DNA from: Cuniculiplasma divulgatum
Lineage (GTDB): Archaea > Thermoplasmatota > Thermoplasmata > Thermoplasmatales > Thermoplasmataceae
Direction of reading: 5' to 3'
Assembly (NCBI RefSeq): GCF_900083515.1
Contig: NZ_LT671858.1
Location: forward strand, 870,001-902,000
DNA: 32,000 nucleotides
This document shows, one piece after another, positions 1-8,285 of the stretch. Every line of letters starts with the position of its first letter. Within the stretch, counting starts at the first letter, position 1. Both the position numbers and the translations under genes were made by a program. The notes under the pieces were generated by a model that was not told the origin of the DNA, made no database searches, and worked only from the letters and a program-made list of their open reading frames with translations.

Positions 1-1991
1 AGTGGCCTGCTAAAAAAGACATTTGCCTCGCTTCCTTTATTGCCCCTTGTAAACCCTAGATCTTTCATCAGTCGATCGACGGTTTCACTGTTCTGGCGGT
101 AGTATGCTCTCGGGATCGCTATGTTGAATTTATCCCCGTAGATGGAAACGCCGGTATCAGATGCGTTAAGATGAACTCCATGCTCTAGTAATAAATTGAC
201 CGATTCTTCTCCCTGTTCTTTAGTTAGAGGTAATCCATGGAGTGGTTCTTGATTCAGGTTCCTTTCGTCATTATTAGAGTTTTCATTCTGGACGTCGGGT
301 TTTAAAGGGTCTCCTTGCAGGTCTGGACTAAGAGGACGAAGAGGACTATCATTTTGGAAGGGGGGTAACTGATCATTCTCCTTTTTTGATTGCTGAGGCT
401 TTGATTTATTGGCTTTAATATCGTTTTTGCTGTTACTTTGAGTGTGGGGGCTTCCTTTCTCATCGTCCTCATCGTCCTCATCGTCCAAGATTGACTGCTG
501 AGCCTGTTCTATACTGGATAATTTGGCAAGAACAAATTCAGTGTCATATCTCGATCTCAATTCACTGATCTTTTTTTCATCAGGGATCTTTACCACAGTG
601 TAACGTTTTGTGTAGTCCTGATCGTTACCATCGTTTCCTTTCCTAGTCCTTGTTATTCTCGGTCTGTCTGTTTTTAGGCCTAATGCAGATAATATCTTCC
701 CTGCCTGTTTCGCGTAATCCCTTCCAATTTCATCATAAATTGCGCTAAGATATATTCCGGTATAGCTTCTTCCTCCTATACTGTACTGAGCAGTGGCCTC
801 AGGAGAGTCCATTAGCGTCAGGACTTCATTGGCGATAATCCCGTTAGGAGTTTCAGCTGCAACCTGTGCATTCCTTAGTATCTGAGATTTAAGCACGTCC
901 CCTATTTCCGATTTTAGTTCAGGTATGATCTCAAGAAGATCCTCAAAAAATGAAATAACCTCAAAAAGCCTTGGTTCTGTATGAGACTCATACAATTTCA
1001 AAAAATTGCTTCCCTTGATTTCGTTTATTTTATCGTGCCATTTTACCTTGAAATTAAGGAGCATGCCCCTGATTCTTCTGGCATCTCCGGTAAATTGATC
1101 CAGCGTTTTTCCTTTGATTTTCCTAGGTACATCTTCTCTGGCAAGTTCAAAGTCCATGTTTATTTGAAAGCTCTTTGATTCGATGGCATCATCCCTGAAC
1201 GGTGTCCTCCCGGCAAGAACCAACGGCCCAAAGATTCTATAACCTATTATAGCTGAGAATCCCTGCTGGATTTCATTATTTGCGTTGAGTACTAAGGCGT
1301 TCGCGTTATATTTTCCGTTGAGTATGGCAGCTAAGTCATTGTCCATCTGCCCTTTTTCATCCACGAAGAGAGGCGCACCGTACAGGTCAGAAATTCGCTT
1401 AAGAGCAGCTGATTTTATGTCAATAGAATAAAAGCCAAAAGGCGTTATCTCGCATGTTGTCGTTAGCAGTCTGGATTTTCCTTTACCGTAAGGCGCCAAT
1501 ATGTGAATAAAAGGAAAAGATGTATCCTTTAACGCATCAAATATCGCAGCCTTCATTACATATAGAGAAAGAATTATCTCATCCTCCGGTTTCAATTCCA
1601 TGAAAGTGTGAATAAATGCTTTTATTTCGCAATATAGTGCATATTCGCTCTCATATTCAACTGGAGCGGGAGGGAATTTAACAGATTCGAACCTATCTTC
1701 CTTTAGTATCCGATCACGTTTTGTTTGAGCTATCTGCGGAGCAGGCAATATAGTGATTTCTGAATTTTCAGAATCAGGATCCGGAATTTTTACTTCCGGC
1801 ACAACTTCCGTTTGTCCGTTCTTATATTTCAAAAACAACAACGATCCCTTTTCGTCGGTGAACTCACAATAGTGCCAGCCACCGTGAGAAAATCGTGTTT
1901 TGTATAGTTTTTGTTTCTCTTTGTTATCCTGGTCATTTTTCACTGCATCTCTTAGGTCTTTTCCATCTTTTTTAGTCCTATCGTTTGCCAT
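1..1991 (-). CDS. P-loop NTPase, putative replicative helicase of a plasmid/virus-like element (3' end cut by window edge)
   Basis: The minus-strand frame is open from ATG at 1991 to position 1 (663 codons). It is absent from the ORF track, presumably because no stop lies in the window. Hand translation gives Walker A 'LAPYGKGKSRLL' (about 1472-1499) and Walker B-like 'PLFVDEKG'. Its start overlaps the prim-pol stop by 14 nt. It has an acidic/low-complexity tail (DDEDDEDDE, S/N/K/Q/P-rich). Confidence 0.65.
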   Translation of the reverse strand, partial: MANDRTKKDGKDLRDAVKNDQDNKEKQKLYKTRFSHGGWHYCEFTDEKGSLLFLKYKNGQTEVVPEVKIPDPDSENSEITILPAPQIAQTKRDRILKEDRFESVKFPPAPVEYESEYALYCEIKAFIHTFMELKPEDEIILSLYVMKAAIFDALKDTSFPFIHILAPYGKGKSRLLTTTCEITPFGFYSIDIKSAALKRISDLYGAPLFVDEKGQMDNDLAAILNGKYNANALVLNANNEIQQGFSAIIGYRIFGPLVLAGRTPFRDDAIESKSFQINMDFELAREDVPRKIKGKTLDQFTGDARRIRGMLLNFKVKWHDKINEIKGSNFLKLYESHTEPRLFEVISFFEDLLEIIPELKSEIGDVLKSQILRNAQVAAETPNGIIANEVLTLMDSPEATAQYSIGGRSYTGIYLSAIYDEIGRDYAKQAGKILSALGLKTDRPRITRTRKGNDGNDQDYTKRYTVVKIPDEKKISELRSRYDTEFVLAKLSSIEQAQQSILDDEDDEDDEKGSPHTQSNSKNDIKANKSKPQQSKKENDQLPPFQNDSPLRPLSPDLQGDPLKPDVQNENSNNDERNLNQEPLHGLPLTKEQGEESVNLLLEHGVHLNASDTGVSIYGDKFNIAIPRAYYRQNSETVDRLMKDLGFTRGNKGSEANVFFSRP

Positions 1992-2994
1992 CGCTTATTT
2001 CCCCCATAAGTTTCTCCAAGGTCCGGAATCCTTTAACTGGTCCATTCTTTTTAAATGCGTACTTGGCCCCTGAAATGTGGTCTCCACCCTTTCCTGTGAT
2101 TCTTGCGAGTTCAGAAATTACAAATACGGCATCTGCCTCAGTGCCTCCAGAATGTGCGAGAAAGCCGGCAATTGCGAGTGTTAATTCGTTTCGTTTACCG
2201 TCTCCGTTTTTCCAGTAATATAGTAAAATTTTCACGATCTTATCGCGATCTATCTTGGCCGTACCAGTTGGCAATAGTGGTGATCTAGCACTTTTTGTTT
2301 TTCCACTGAATTTCATGACCCATTTTAGAAAGGGCTCTGGAATAGGTCTTATCTTGGTCATATTCAAAAATTCGTATCTGCCATACTGGCCCTGTGAATT
2401 CGGCAAAATTACGTAGCCACCATATCCTTTCAGGTCGAGACCTGGCAACGCAGCAACGTGATTGAATGATGGAATTCCTTCCGGCATTTGAAAATAAAAG
2501 TGAGTACCGCCAGATTGGGTCCTAACCGAGAGAGTACGCAGATGGTCCCCTGTTATGTTTAGTCCAAGAATAAGTTTCTGAAATGATTCCAGCCCTATGC
2601 GCTTGAGTAATCCGTTACTTACTAGCGGGCGCTTCTGCGCATCTTTTTTCACGTCACAGTCTATAACAATTAATTCAGGCGGAATCGCAAAACCAATTGC
2701 TGCGTCAGGATACCTGAACCAGGTCTTGGCGATAATTTTTGTGTCGCTTGTTGCATCCTTGACACCATGGATAAACCCAAGGGAAGGATCCACTATCGGG
2801 GCCTTAGTTCTATCGCACGGAAAGATTCGCCACCTTTTTCTGGTGTAGTTAACCGCCTTTGCAGCCTGTGTTTGATGCTTGTCAATATCAGTCGTCGAAA
2901 ATGTAATAAACGATTTCTCACTACTTACATTTGAGGGTTCGTCACCTTGTATTAAGGGCGGGTTGCAGCCCCTCCCTTCTTCATTTAAGATCAT
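1978..2994 (-). CDS. Bifunctional DNA primase/polymerase (prim-pol, archaeo-eukaryotic primase superfamily) domain protein
   Basis: Prim-pol motifs are in order: 'FPCDRTKAP', 'KDATSD..I..TWF', 'IVIDCDV', 'TQSGGTHFYF', 'LDLKGYGGYVILPNS'. I prefer the start at 2994 (MILNEE) over the track start at 3039. It has AAGGAGGAA 9-17 nt upstream and forms an ATGA overlap with the upstream small ORF. Confidence 0.85.
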   Translation of the reverse strand: MILNEEGRGCNPPLIQGDEPSNVSSEKSFITFSTTDIDKHQTQAAKAVNYTRKRWRIFPCDRTKAPIVDPSLGFIHGVKDATSDTKIIAKTWFRYPDAAIGFAIPPELIVIDCDVKKDAQKRPLVSNGLLKRIGLESFQKLILGLNITGDHLRTLSVRTQSGGTHFYFQMPEGIPSFNHVAALPGLDLKGYGGYVILPNSQGQYGRYEFLNMTKIRPIPEPFLKWVMKFSGKTKSARSPLLPTGTAKIDRDKIVKILLYYWKNGDGKRNELTLAIAGFLAHSGGTEADAVFVISELARITGKGGDHISGAKYAFKKNGPVKGFRTLEKLMGEISDGKR

Positions 2995-3164
2995 TTTTTT
3001 AATTCCTCCTTGTCGTTTGATTCTGCAACACTTAGCCAAGTCACAACTTTGGCAACAAAATCTTCCGCACTTACCTGATCTGGTTCGTTGCGAATTATCT
3101 CGCAGATAGTGCGTCCGTGGTGTAATGATGATATACGTTCTTTTAACGGTCTGATGTTAATCAT
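2991..3164 (-). CDS. Small hypothetical protein (57 aa), translationally coupled to prim-pol
   Basis: Hand translation gives MINIRPLKERISSLHHGRTICEIIRNEPDQVSAEDFVAKVVTWLSVAESNDKEELKK. GGAG lies about 10 nt upstream of the ATG at 3164, and the stop TGA overlaps the prim-pol ATG. It is below the track size cut-off and I recognise no family. Confidence 0.4.
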   Translation of the reverse strand: MINIRPLKERISSLHHGRTICEIIRNEPDQVSAEDFVAKVVTWLSVAESNDKEELKK

Positions 3165-3185
3165 ATATCGTTCTCCACAAGCTGT

Positions 3186-3344
3186 TTAGGCAACTTTTTG
3201 ACTTTCATCGTTAAAATTCCTGATTTTTCCAACTGCTGAAAGAACAAGATACCTAGATGTGCTAATTCCAATTTTCCTAGCTTTCTCAGAGATAATCGCG
3301 TACTCTTCATCTGACATGTACAACATAACTTTTCTTGATAACAT
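3186..3344 (-). CDS. Ribbon-helix-helix (CopG/MobC-like) DNA-binding protein, 52 aa
   Basis: Hand translation gives MLSRKVMLYMSDEEYAIISEKARKIGISTSRYLVLSAVGKIRNFNDESQKVA. This matches the RHH pattern: a beta strand (RKVMLYM), helix 1 (SDEEYAIISEKARK) and helix 2 (ISTSRYLVLSAV). It lies in a different frame from the track ORF 3161..3355, which shows no recognisable features. Confidence 0.55.
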   Translation of the reverse strand: MLSRKVMLYMSDEEYAIISEKARKIGISTSRYLVLSAVGKIRNFNDESQKVA

Positions 3345-3352
3345 ATATATGA

Positions 3353-3379
3353 CAATATTAGAGTTGTATATTAATATTG
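3353..3379. promoter_or_regulatory. Inverted repeat CAATATTA-N11-TAATATTG in the divergent promoter region, candidate RHH operator
   Basis: The perfect 8-bp arms were read directly. The repeat sits 9-35 nt upstream of the RHH ATG (3344) and about 40 nt upstream of the plus-strand gene start. Confidence 0.3.
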
Positions 3380-3417
3380 CTGTATCTAAACGTTATTATA
3401 TGCATATAAAATGTACA

Positions 3418-4335
3418 ATGGTGAAAAAAGTAACACTATACTTGGGCGATGATCTCTTTTCAAGTATACAGAAGCTTAGAGCTTTTTATTTATTCGGGGG
3501 AAGCCATGTATCCGACTTACCGGACGTTTCAGATGTTATAGAAGCTTGTATCTATTATGAAAGATTCTATTTAGAAAAAGACCCGGAAGAAGCAACTATC
3601 CTTAAAAGATATGAATCGGAAGAAAATCCGCTCGAATCTTTAATTAAGCAAGGATCTAAGATCAAATCAAAAGGGGCTGGACGCCTGTTGTTTGCTATTA
3701 GAGAAAATACTCAGCTCGATTTAGATTTTATAAGAGATCTGTGGAAATATAAGGGGACAGATCCTCTTTTGATCAGGGATTTACTAGATAGAGTCTTTAA
3801 TGAATATAATAAAAAAGACATACCCGATTGGGCTAATTTATTTTTAAGAACTTACATTGGCCACTTATACAAACTTAAATTGCGTGAAGCTTTAATCCTT
3901 AGTTTATGTAGTAGCGGTAAGTTACCTATCGAGACACTTACTACGTCTCTCACTGTGGATGCACTCGACATAATCAGGGAAATCGCTCTTGATGAAGGTA
4001 AAATAGAGAGACTTGAAGCAATTATGGGAGATGGGCAAGTAAAAATGAAAACCTCGGGGATTTTTAGCATAAAATGGCAAGATTTTAACGAATATAGAAT
4101 TCTACTGTATAACAAGGAATACACTTTCAACTTTATAGATTCTTACTGGGGTTTCGCATTTGTAATGAAAGATCTTATAAAAACTGGTACAACTACCCCC
4201 ACACCGCCTTCCTTTGTGTTTTTCTTGATAGGGATGATGCTGGATCCAACTGAACACAAATATGTTAAGCAGCTTTTCTTTAGAGAATTGAAAGGTGCCT
4301 TAAAAACAAGTATCCAATTCAACAAGCATCTTTAG
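3418..4335 (+). CDS. Hypothetical protein of the element, N-terminus RHH-like (KKVTLYLGDDLFSSIQKLRA)
   Basis: This is track ORF 3259..4335. The upstream 50 codons overlap the divergent RHH gene and promoter, so the ATG at 3418 (or 3400) is more plausible. I recognise no family for the remaining ~290 aa. Confidence 0.55.
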   Translation: MVKKVTLYLGDDLFSSIQKLRAFYLFGGSHVSDLPDVSDVIEACIYYERFYLEKDPEEATILKRYESEENPLESLIKQGSKIKSKGAGRLLFAIRENTQLDLDFIRDLWKYKGTDPLLIRDLLDRVFNEYNKKDIPDWANLFLRTYIGHLYKLKLREALILSLCSSGKLPIETLTTSLTVDALDIIREIALDEGKIERLEAIMGDGQVKMKTSGIFSIKWQDFNEYRILLYNKEYTFNFIDSYWGFAFVMKDLIKTGTTTPTPPSFVFFLIGMMLDPTEHKYVKQLFFRELKGALKTSIQFNKHL

Positions 4336-4372
4336 TAAGTAGAATCACTGATCTATCGGTAACAAAAATATC

Positions 4373-4380
4373 TTTTTTTT
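4373..4380 (+). terminator. Oligo-T (T8) tract, archaeal-type terminator after the 3418..4335 gene
   Basis: A T8 run lies 38 nt after the stop codon. Archaeal RNAP terminates at oligo-T. Confidence 0.35.
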
Positions 4381-4487
4381 ATTTATCTATTAATATATTC
4401 TAAAACTACCCCCTGATAGGATAGGTTGTTTTATATACCATGAATTTAGAGTATATAAGACCAATAATAAATAGACCATCTTTGGTA

Positions 4488-4519
4488 GTGGATACCTACC
4501 TATCCTTTTAATTAAATAA
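4488..4519. repeat. Composite repeat copy A: gtggatac / cctacctatccttt / ttaattaaataa
   Basis: The 14-mer cctacctatccttt (4495-4508) and the 12-mer ttaattaaataa (4508-4519) recur at 8961-8974 and 8942-8953. The 8-mer gtggatac recurs inverted (gtatccac) at 8934-8941. Confidence 0.35.
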
Positions 4520-4780
4520 ACGGATACCTTGGTATTGACAATCTCATGATCCTTTGCATACTCCAAATAATCCCTCATCATCTAAACCAGTTATCTCAGT
4601 CTCATCAAGGTTTTTTGATTCCTTGCTGATGTATCTTATTCTGTCAGCACTAATGTGTTTCCCGACAACTAAGTTATCGATGTAATCGAATTTGTGATCA
4701 TCATGCCTTACACATCGAACAAGCACATCTCGAAGTTCTGGATAAGGTATCGTGATGGTAAAACCCGGGGGTTCAGGTTA

Positions 4781-6013
4781 TTAAGCATCACTTTGAAGTT
4801 CTATGTCTGAGCGGAGCGAAATAGATTTGAGCAAAATAAATTCAATGACGGAAATTATCATCGCTGAAAAACCAAAAATAAAGATTGTTAACCACTCATT
4901 GTAGTGAGCCAATAGAAATCCAACCAAAGGAAATGCAATAACCATCGGTATTGTTAGAACCAGGTCTTTTATGTTTATCACTTTAGCTCTTTTATCTCTA
5001 GGGACAAGTTTCTGGTACCATACTCTCAAAGGTATATTCAATAATTCAGAAAAAATGCCGTTGATAAGTAAAATTATGGCCATTACAACAATTATTATGC
5101 CTTCGGCGAGAAGAGAAAGACCCATTATTGACATGACTAGCCCCTCTCCAACCGAACCGACAAGTAAATAAGTTAGCAATTTCCCATTTCTCTTTCCAAT
5201 TATTATGGACCCGCCAAGAAGCATTCCAACAAGTTCACAAATGTAAAATATGCTAAGAGAAACCGATCCTATAGATGTGTTTTCTACGGCTATAGTTGGT
5301 ATAATGATTGCCATGCCAGATGTCAAGAAATTGAATGCAAATCCAAAAATAATCGTGTAAAAAATCATTTTTTGACTTTTTAAGAATGCGAATGTTTCTT
5401 TCGTCTCTTTCCAAAAGCGTATCTTTTCTATTTTTTCGAAACTGCTGTATTTCCTCAAGCCGATATATATGATTATCGCAGAAAGTAGAAATGAAGTTGC
5501 GTCCATAAGCAGTAATATACCCCAAGAAATAGAAGAAAATCCCAGTCCGGCTATTACATATCCTCCGATCATTGATGCATTTATACCCATAGACAGAAGT
5601 GCATTGCGTTTGTCAAGATCCTTGTGTACTATGTCTGGGAGTAGTGAAAAATTTGCAGGGTTGTAGAAAGTTTCGCCTATACTTGTTCCTATTACTGCAA
5701 CCACAATAAAAAGCATAAAATAAGTATAAGCAAAAAAATATGACAGGGAAACGGAAAACATTAGGAGGAACATAATAAAATCTGAAAAGAAGAGTCCCTT
5801 CACTCTATTTGTTCTATCTATAAAATATCCACTAACTCCTGTGGATACAATCCAAACCAGAAATTCTGCAGAATAAATCAATCCAAACAGGAAAGTAGAC
5901 CCTGTCACATACAGGATCACAAGTGGTATGACTAATGTTCTTATGCCATCGCCAATGGTTGAAACGGAAGATGACAGAAACAACGAGTAGAAACCGTGGC
6001 TTTCATTATCCAT
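4781..6013 (-). CDS. MFS transporter (DHA3/EntS-like exporter type)
   Basis: The 410-aa protein is hydrophobic throughout, with about 12 predicted TM segments. It has an MFS motif-A-like 'GYFIDRTNRVKG' after TM2. Its ATG lies 1 nt after the stop of the upstream rSAM gene. Confidence 0.85.
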   Translation of the reverse strand: MDNESHGFYSLFLSSSVSTIGDGIRTLVIPLVILYVTGSTFLFGLIYSAEFLVWIVSTGVSGYFIDRTNRVKGLFFSDFIMFLLMFSVSLSYFFAYTYFMLFIVVAVIGTSIGETFYNPANFSLLPDIVHKDLDKRNALLSMGINASMIGGYVIAGLGFSSISWGILLLMDATSFLLSAIIIYIGLRKYSSFEKIEKIRFWKETKETFAFLKSQKMIFYTIIFGFAFNFLTSGMAIIIPTIAVENTSIGSVSLSIFYICELVGMLLGGSIIIGKRNGKLLTYLLVGSVGEGLVMSIMGLSLLAEGIIIVVMAIILLINGIFSELLNIPLRVWYQKLVPRDKRAKVINIKDLVLTIPMVIAFPLVGFLLAHYNEWLTIFIFGFSAMIISVIEFILLKSISLRSDIELQSDA

Positions 6014-6014
6014 T

Positions 6015-7085
6015 TTAGATACCAGTTTCTTTCATTATTCTTTTGGTAAGATGGCAAATAAGCGGATCTGGACTGGCCGGTTTTCCTGACAAGATTGAGG
6101 TGTACGGACATCCCAAGCTACAGATATTCAGATATGAACATTCCATGCATGAGCCTTTCGTATACCTGGTAACAAGATCCATCCAATCTGAAAAAACAGG
6201 GGATAGATACAGTGTTTTAAGAGAATCAACATCTCCTATTGGTTCAGCATAAGGCGGCTCAGAAAGTGCAATGCATGGGGATATATTTCCGTTTGGATGT
6301 ATTACAATTTGCCCGTCGAATCCTCCACAGTATAATGATGTTCTTCCTTCGAAAATTGGCTTTATAAAATTGTCATAGAATTCGCCTGTCACTAACCTAT
6401 GTTTTTCAATGAGCTTCTTATTTACATCCATTATTGTATCGGTCAGTTGTTTTAAATTCATGTTTTTTAAGTAGTATGGATAATTTAAATTTACTGTTTT
6501 AACACGAAAATGATTCAACAAATATTCAATAGTGTGGAATAAATTATGTATATTATGTTCATCCAGAGTAACAGCGATTTGATAGTTAACGCTTTTAATT
6601 TCTAGAAGCCTAATCTTCGGCTCTATAAAATCATAAGAACCGTGTCCATTAGAGAACACCCTCATGGTGTCATTTGTTTCTTTGTCTCCATCTAAGGACA
6701 CCATTACAGAAATGTTTTCTGCCTTTATGAAATCTACGATTTTATCTGTTAACAGGGTTCCGTTTGTGGCCAACGCAAAATCAGCATCCAATCCAATTTC
6801 TTTGGTGTATGCAACAATTTTTTTAATTTTATCAAAATGTAAAATTGGTTCACCACCGTAGAATCTTATACTCAAGTGATGCTTTTCTTTTACGATGAGG
6901 TCAAGTAATTTGTAAATCCCATGTATATCCAATTCGGTACTATCTTTCGGCATAAAACAGTATTTACAACGTAGATTACAGTCGTGCCCGAGAATTACAT
7001 ACAGATAATCTCCAAAGTGATTAAATTCATTAAACTTGAATATACTATTTCCGGTTAAGTTATTTATATCCTTGTCGAACTGCAT
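6015..7085 (-). CDS. Radical SAM enzyme with C-terminal SPASM domain
   Basis: It has CxxxCxxC 'CNLRCKYC' and the SPASM motif 'CGGFDGQIVIHPNGNISPC' (C-x12-G-x4-C). This is followed by 'CMECSYLNICSLGC' (Cx2Cx5Cx3C) and a later Cys. It overlaps the upstream rSAM gene by 22 nt. Confidence 0.85.
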   Translation of the reverse strand: MQFDKDINNLTGNSIFKFNEFNHFGDYLYVILGHDCNLRCKYCFMPKDSTELDIHGIYKLLDLIVKEKHHLSIRFYGGEPILHFDKIKKIVAYTKEIGLDADFALATNGTLLTDKIVDFIKAENISVMVSLDGDKETNDTMRVFSNGHGSYDFIEPKIRLLEIKSVNYQIAVTLDEHNIHNLFHTIEYLLNHFRVKTVNLNYPYYLKNMNLKQLTDTIMDVNKKLIEKHRLVTGEFYDNFIKPIFEGRTSLYCGGFDGQIVIHPNGNISPCIALSEPPYAEPIGDVDSLKTLYLSPVFSDWMDLVTRYTKGSCMECSYLNICSLGCPYTSILSGKPASPDPLICHLTKRIMKETGI

Positions 7086-8092
7086 AAAGGATCACGTGCC
7101 CCCACATCACCGGTTCTGGCTAAGGCTACAGCTGGACATCCAACGCAAATATCTGAATAGGTACATCCCTCACATTTATTTCTGTTTTGAACTATTTTTC
7201 TCCATTCAATTGCAGTTTTTGAACCCCAAATGCACTCTAAGTCTGTGTTCAATAAATTATCTGTCGGTTCTTGAATAAAATTACAGGGTAGTATATTTCC
7301 AGCCGGGTCAATGAATATTCTATTCGAAAATATACCACAATTATGTCTATTTTCCCACGTTTTTCTCTGTTCTCGAATTAATGGTACTAATACATTAGGG
7401 TCAACGAGAAAAGAAAATGGGTAATTTAAAGAGAGGTTAAAATTCTTCTCGTGAGACCTATAGATATTATAAAACATTTGAGTGAAAGTTTCTAATTGAG
7501 ATGAAGTTATAAACAAATTTCTATCCAGTAACTTCCCGGCACCTATTGGTTCCAGAGTGGATATAGTCAAACCTTTAGCACCAATATCTTTACACAAATC
7601 AATCATTTTAGTCAAATGCTTATAATTATCGGATGTTAAATTCCAATTTATATCAAAATTAATATTTTCATTTTTCAAACTCCTTAAATTATAGATAGTT
7701 TTAGCAAAGGTGCCTTTTCCTCTCGTTCGGTCGTGAAATTCTTCATTATAACCATCCAGGCTCACTGATATATTACTTATCTTATCTGCGTATTTTTCTA
7801 CGACTTTTATTATTCTGTCCGAGAAAAGCGTTCCATTGCTGTTAATACTTATGTCAAAGTCAAGATCACCCAATTTTTTAAGAATATCTTGCCAGTCCTT
7901 TGCTAAAAAAAACTCTCCACCAGTTAGCCCAATTTCCTTTATATTATAGGAAGAGAGTCTTTCAGCAACTTTGAACTTCTGATGCGTACTCAACTCTTCA
8001 ACAGAATTTATATGATTACCCCTGTTGGCACAATAAATACATTTAAGATTGCATTTATTTGTAAAAGTCCAAGTTGCAACAGTAGGGAGCAT
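7064..8092 (-). CDS. Radical SAM enzyme with C-terminal SPASM-like domain
   Basis: It has 'CNLKCIYC' only 13 aa from the N-terminus. It also has 'CGIFSNRIFIDPAGNILPC' (C-x12-G-x4-C), 'CEGCTYSDICVGC' (Cx2Cx5Cx2C variant) and a terminal 'DPLCSS'. Confidence 0.85.
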   Translation of the reverse strand: MLPTVATWTFTNKCNLKCIYCANRGNHINSVEELSTHQKFKVAERLSSYNIKEIGLTGGEFFLAKDWQDILKKLGDLDFDISINSNGTLFSDRIIKVVEKYADKISNISVSLDGYNEEFHDRTRGKGTFAKTIYNLRSLKNENINFDINWNLTSDNYKHLTKMIDLCKDIGAKGLTISTLEPIGAGKLLDRNLFITSSQLETFTQMFYNIYRSHEKNFNLSLNYPFSFLVDPNVLVPLIREQRKTWENRHNCGIFSNRIFIDPAGNILPCNFIQEPTDNLLNTDLECIWGSKTAIEWRKIVQNRNKCEGCTYSDICVGCPAVALARTGDVGARDPLCSSTRI

Positions 8093-8135
8093 TAAACATC
8101 TCTAACAAAAAAAGAAGAGAAATTTAAAGATGTAA

Positions 8136-8258
8136 TTAAGCAATTTTTTGGCTTTTGCACTTCATACATGCTGTGACAAAACCTATCTCATTGAATTTCC
8201 CATATACTTCATGCAGTGTCTTTTCTCCCCATATCTCGTCATCTTTTTGTTTATTCAT
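8136..8258 (-). CDS. Small ORF (40 aa), candidate precursor peptide for the adjacent rSAM/SPASM enzymes
   Basis: Hand translation gives MNKQKDDEIWGEKTLHEVYGKFNEIGFVTACMKCKSQKIA. It lies 43 nt upstream of the first rSAM gene on the same strand, with a TATA-like tract upstream. It has an acidic N-terminal half and a basic C-terminal half with two Cys. It is not in the ORF track (<60 aa). Confidence 0.4.
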   Translation of the reverse strand: MNKQKDDEIWGEKTLHEVYGKFNEIGFVTACMKCKSQKIA

Positions 8259-8285
8259 TTTTCATTACCGAAATATGATTGTAAA

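Larger units (their letters stand above)
1..4380. mobile_element. Plasmid/provirus-like replication module (RHH + prim-pol + P-loop helicase), probably part of an integrated or extrachromosomal element that extends left of the window
   Basis: The gene set parallels the archaeal pRN-type plasmid replication module (CopG-like RHH co-transcribed with prim-pol/helicase). The genes have overlapping start/stop codons. No integrase or att site is visible in the window, so the boundaries are unknown. Confidence 0.5.

Noticed and set aside
461-487. Tandem 9-nt repeat catcgtcct x3 (encodes DDEDDEDDE on the minus strand).
   Set aside because: This is an in-frame acidic low-complexity stretch inside the helicase-like CDS tail, not a stand-alone repeat element. 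It is noted only as a possible slippage-prone site.
981-1178. Plus-strand 65-aa ORF, the only track ORF in the first 1.9 kb.
   Set aside because: It lies antisense inside the long minus-strand open frame (1..1991), which carries Walker A/B motifs. The region is better explained by that edge-truncated gene.
3259-3417. N-terminal 53 codons of track ORF 3259..4335.
   Set aside because: This extension overlaps the divergent RHH gene and the shared promoter and translates to low-complexity text (MLIPIFLAFSEIIAYSSSDMYNITF...). An internal ATG at 3418 (or 3400) gives a sensible start.
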